Positions 31,429 to 32,000 of a stretch of 32,000 nt of DNA are shown in pieces. Under the pieces are notes generated by a model, which saw only the letters and a program-made list of their open reading frames with translations, was not told the DNA's origin and did no database searches. Numbering within the stretch: the stretch's first letter is position 1; the number at the start of each line of letters is the position of its first letter. Origin of the DNA: Candidatus Scalindua sp. (GTDB lineage: Bacteria; Planctomycetota; Brocadiia; Brocadiales; Scalinduaceae). A program made the position numbers and the translations under genes. The DNA is taken from contig JALDRA010000001.1 in assembly GCA_031316235.1 (NCBI GenBank), forward strand, positions 120,001 to 152,000, given 5' to 3'.

Positions 31429-32000
31429 ATGATCTATCCGGTACATCATTTTAAGTATGTAACTGTTGTAACATTATTAGCGTCTATACTCTTTTTGACT
31501 TCTCATGTGTCAATTGCTCGGGAAGAGACAGATGCTGAAACTGTCAATCTCGAAGAATGTATCACAAGAGCATTTGAGAACAATTTACAGATCGCTGCTG
31601 CAAGAAACAGATTAGGTACATCAGAGGCTGACCGCATTAAGTCGTCATTGCTTTTTCCTTCAAATCCTAAATTGAATACCAGAATAGGAACAAGAAATTC
31701 ACCATCACCTGCAGACAGACATACGGACTATTCGGTTTCACTATCTCAGGAGTTTCAGGTTTATGGCCAGAGACGAAAAAGAATAAACGTATCTGATAAA
31801 TTGATTGAAAGGGTGAAATTTGAAATTTCTGATGTGGAAAGAAACGTTATTGCGAAGGTCAAGACTAATTTTTATGAGGCGTTAACTGCCTTGGAAATTT
31901 TAAAGCTTCGCGAATATGTCGAAAGTATTTTCGAAAAGTTATGGGATGCTTCCAGTGAGCGATTCAAAGCCGGTGCAATATCCTCACTTGAACTCAATTC
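31429..32000 (+). CDS. TolC/CzcC-family outer-membrane efflux protein, N-terminal part; the 3' end runs off the window
   Basis: Absent from the ORF track because it has no stop in the window. My translation from ATG 31429 gives MIYPVHHFKYVTVVTLLASILFLTSHVSIAREETDAETVNLEECITRAFENNLQIAAARNRLGTSEADRIKSSLLFPSNPKLN...LSQEFQVYGQRRKRI... The pattern signal peptide plus L.L.E.I..A...N..L..A is the usual start of OEP/CzcC-type proteins. Confidence 0.8.
   Translation, partial: MIYPVHHFKYVTVVTLLASILFLTSHVSIAREETDAETVNLEECITRAFENNLQIAAARNRLGTSEADRIKSSLLFPSNPKLNTRIGTRNSPSPADRHTDYSVSLSQEFQVYGQRRKRINVSDKLIERVKFEISDVERNVIAKVKTNFYEALTALEILKLREYVESIFEKLWDASSERFKAGAISSLELN

Overview
The window is a gene-dense chromosomal segment of a diderm bacterium; lgt, lpxD, a TolC-like outer-membrane gene and lipoprotein signal peptides are all present. 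It is roughly 40-45% GC by eye. The gene content (several Amt/P-II genes, many TPR lipoproteins) reminds me of anammox-type Planctomycetes, but that is an unverified guess from memory.

I support about 27 protein-coding genes. Housekeeping genes are a dynamin-like GTPase (partial), two TPR lipoproteins, a polyprenyl synthase, efp, hemW, pcm, a GT2 glycosyltransferase, hflX, lgt, panC, thrC, a DUF2284-like protein and lpxD. I found no rRNA, tRNA or CRISPR array.

Two things stand out:

1. A ~140-bp hairpin-rich repeat with terminal inverted repeats occurs nine times. Every copy is intergenic. There are two subfamilies and one compensatory stem change.

2. A nitrogen-related neighbourhood spans about 11.9-26.9 kb. 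It holds a coiled-coil porin, an orphan divergent P-II paralog, amt-glnK and a second, convergent amt. Interleaved with these are enzyme-like genes whose catalytic motifs are missing or altered:
- a secreted PLD/Nuc-like protein with its HKD motif changed to N-x-S;
- a Hanks-type kinase-like protein with no Gly-rich loop and HCD/DFE motifs;
- a metallophosphoesterase truncated exactly at its GN motif;
- a roughly 910-aa protein that fuses a glutamate-dehydrogenase N-domain lacking the active-site Lys to a glutamate-racemase-like domain retaining both Cys, plus about 330 aa I cannot place.

The fusion protein and this locus are my best candidates for undescribed biology.

All coordinates were counted by hand. 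Repeat ends are good to about +/-3 nt. No database search was possible.
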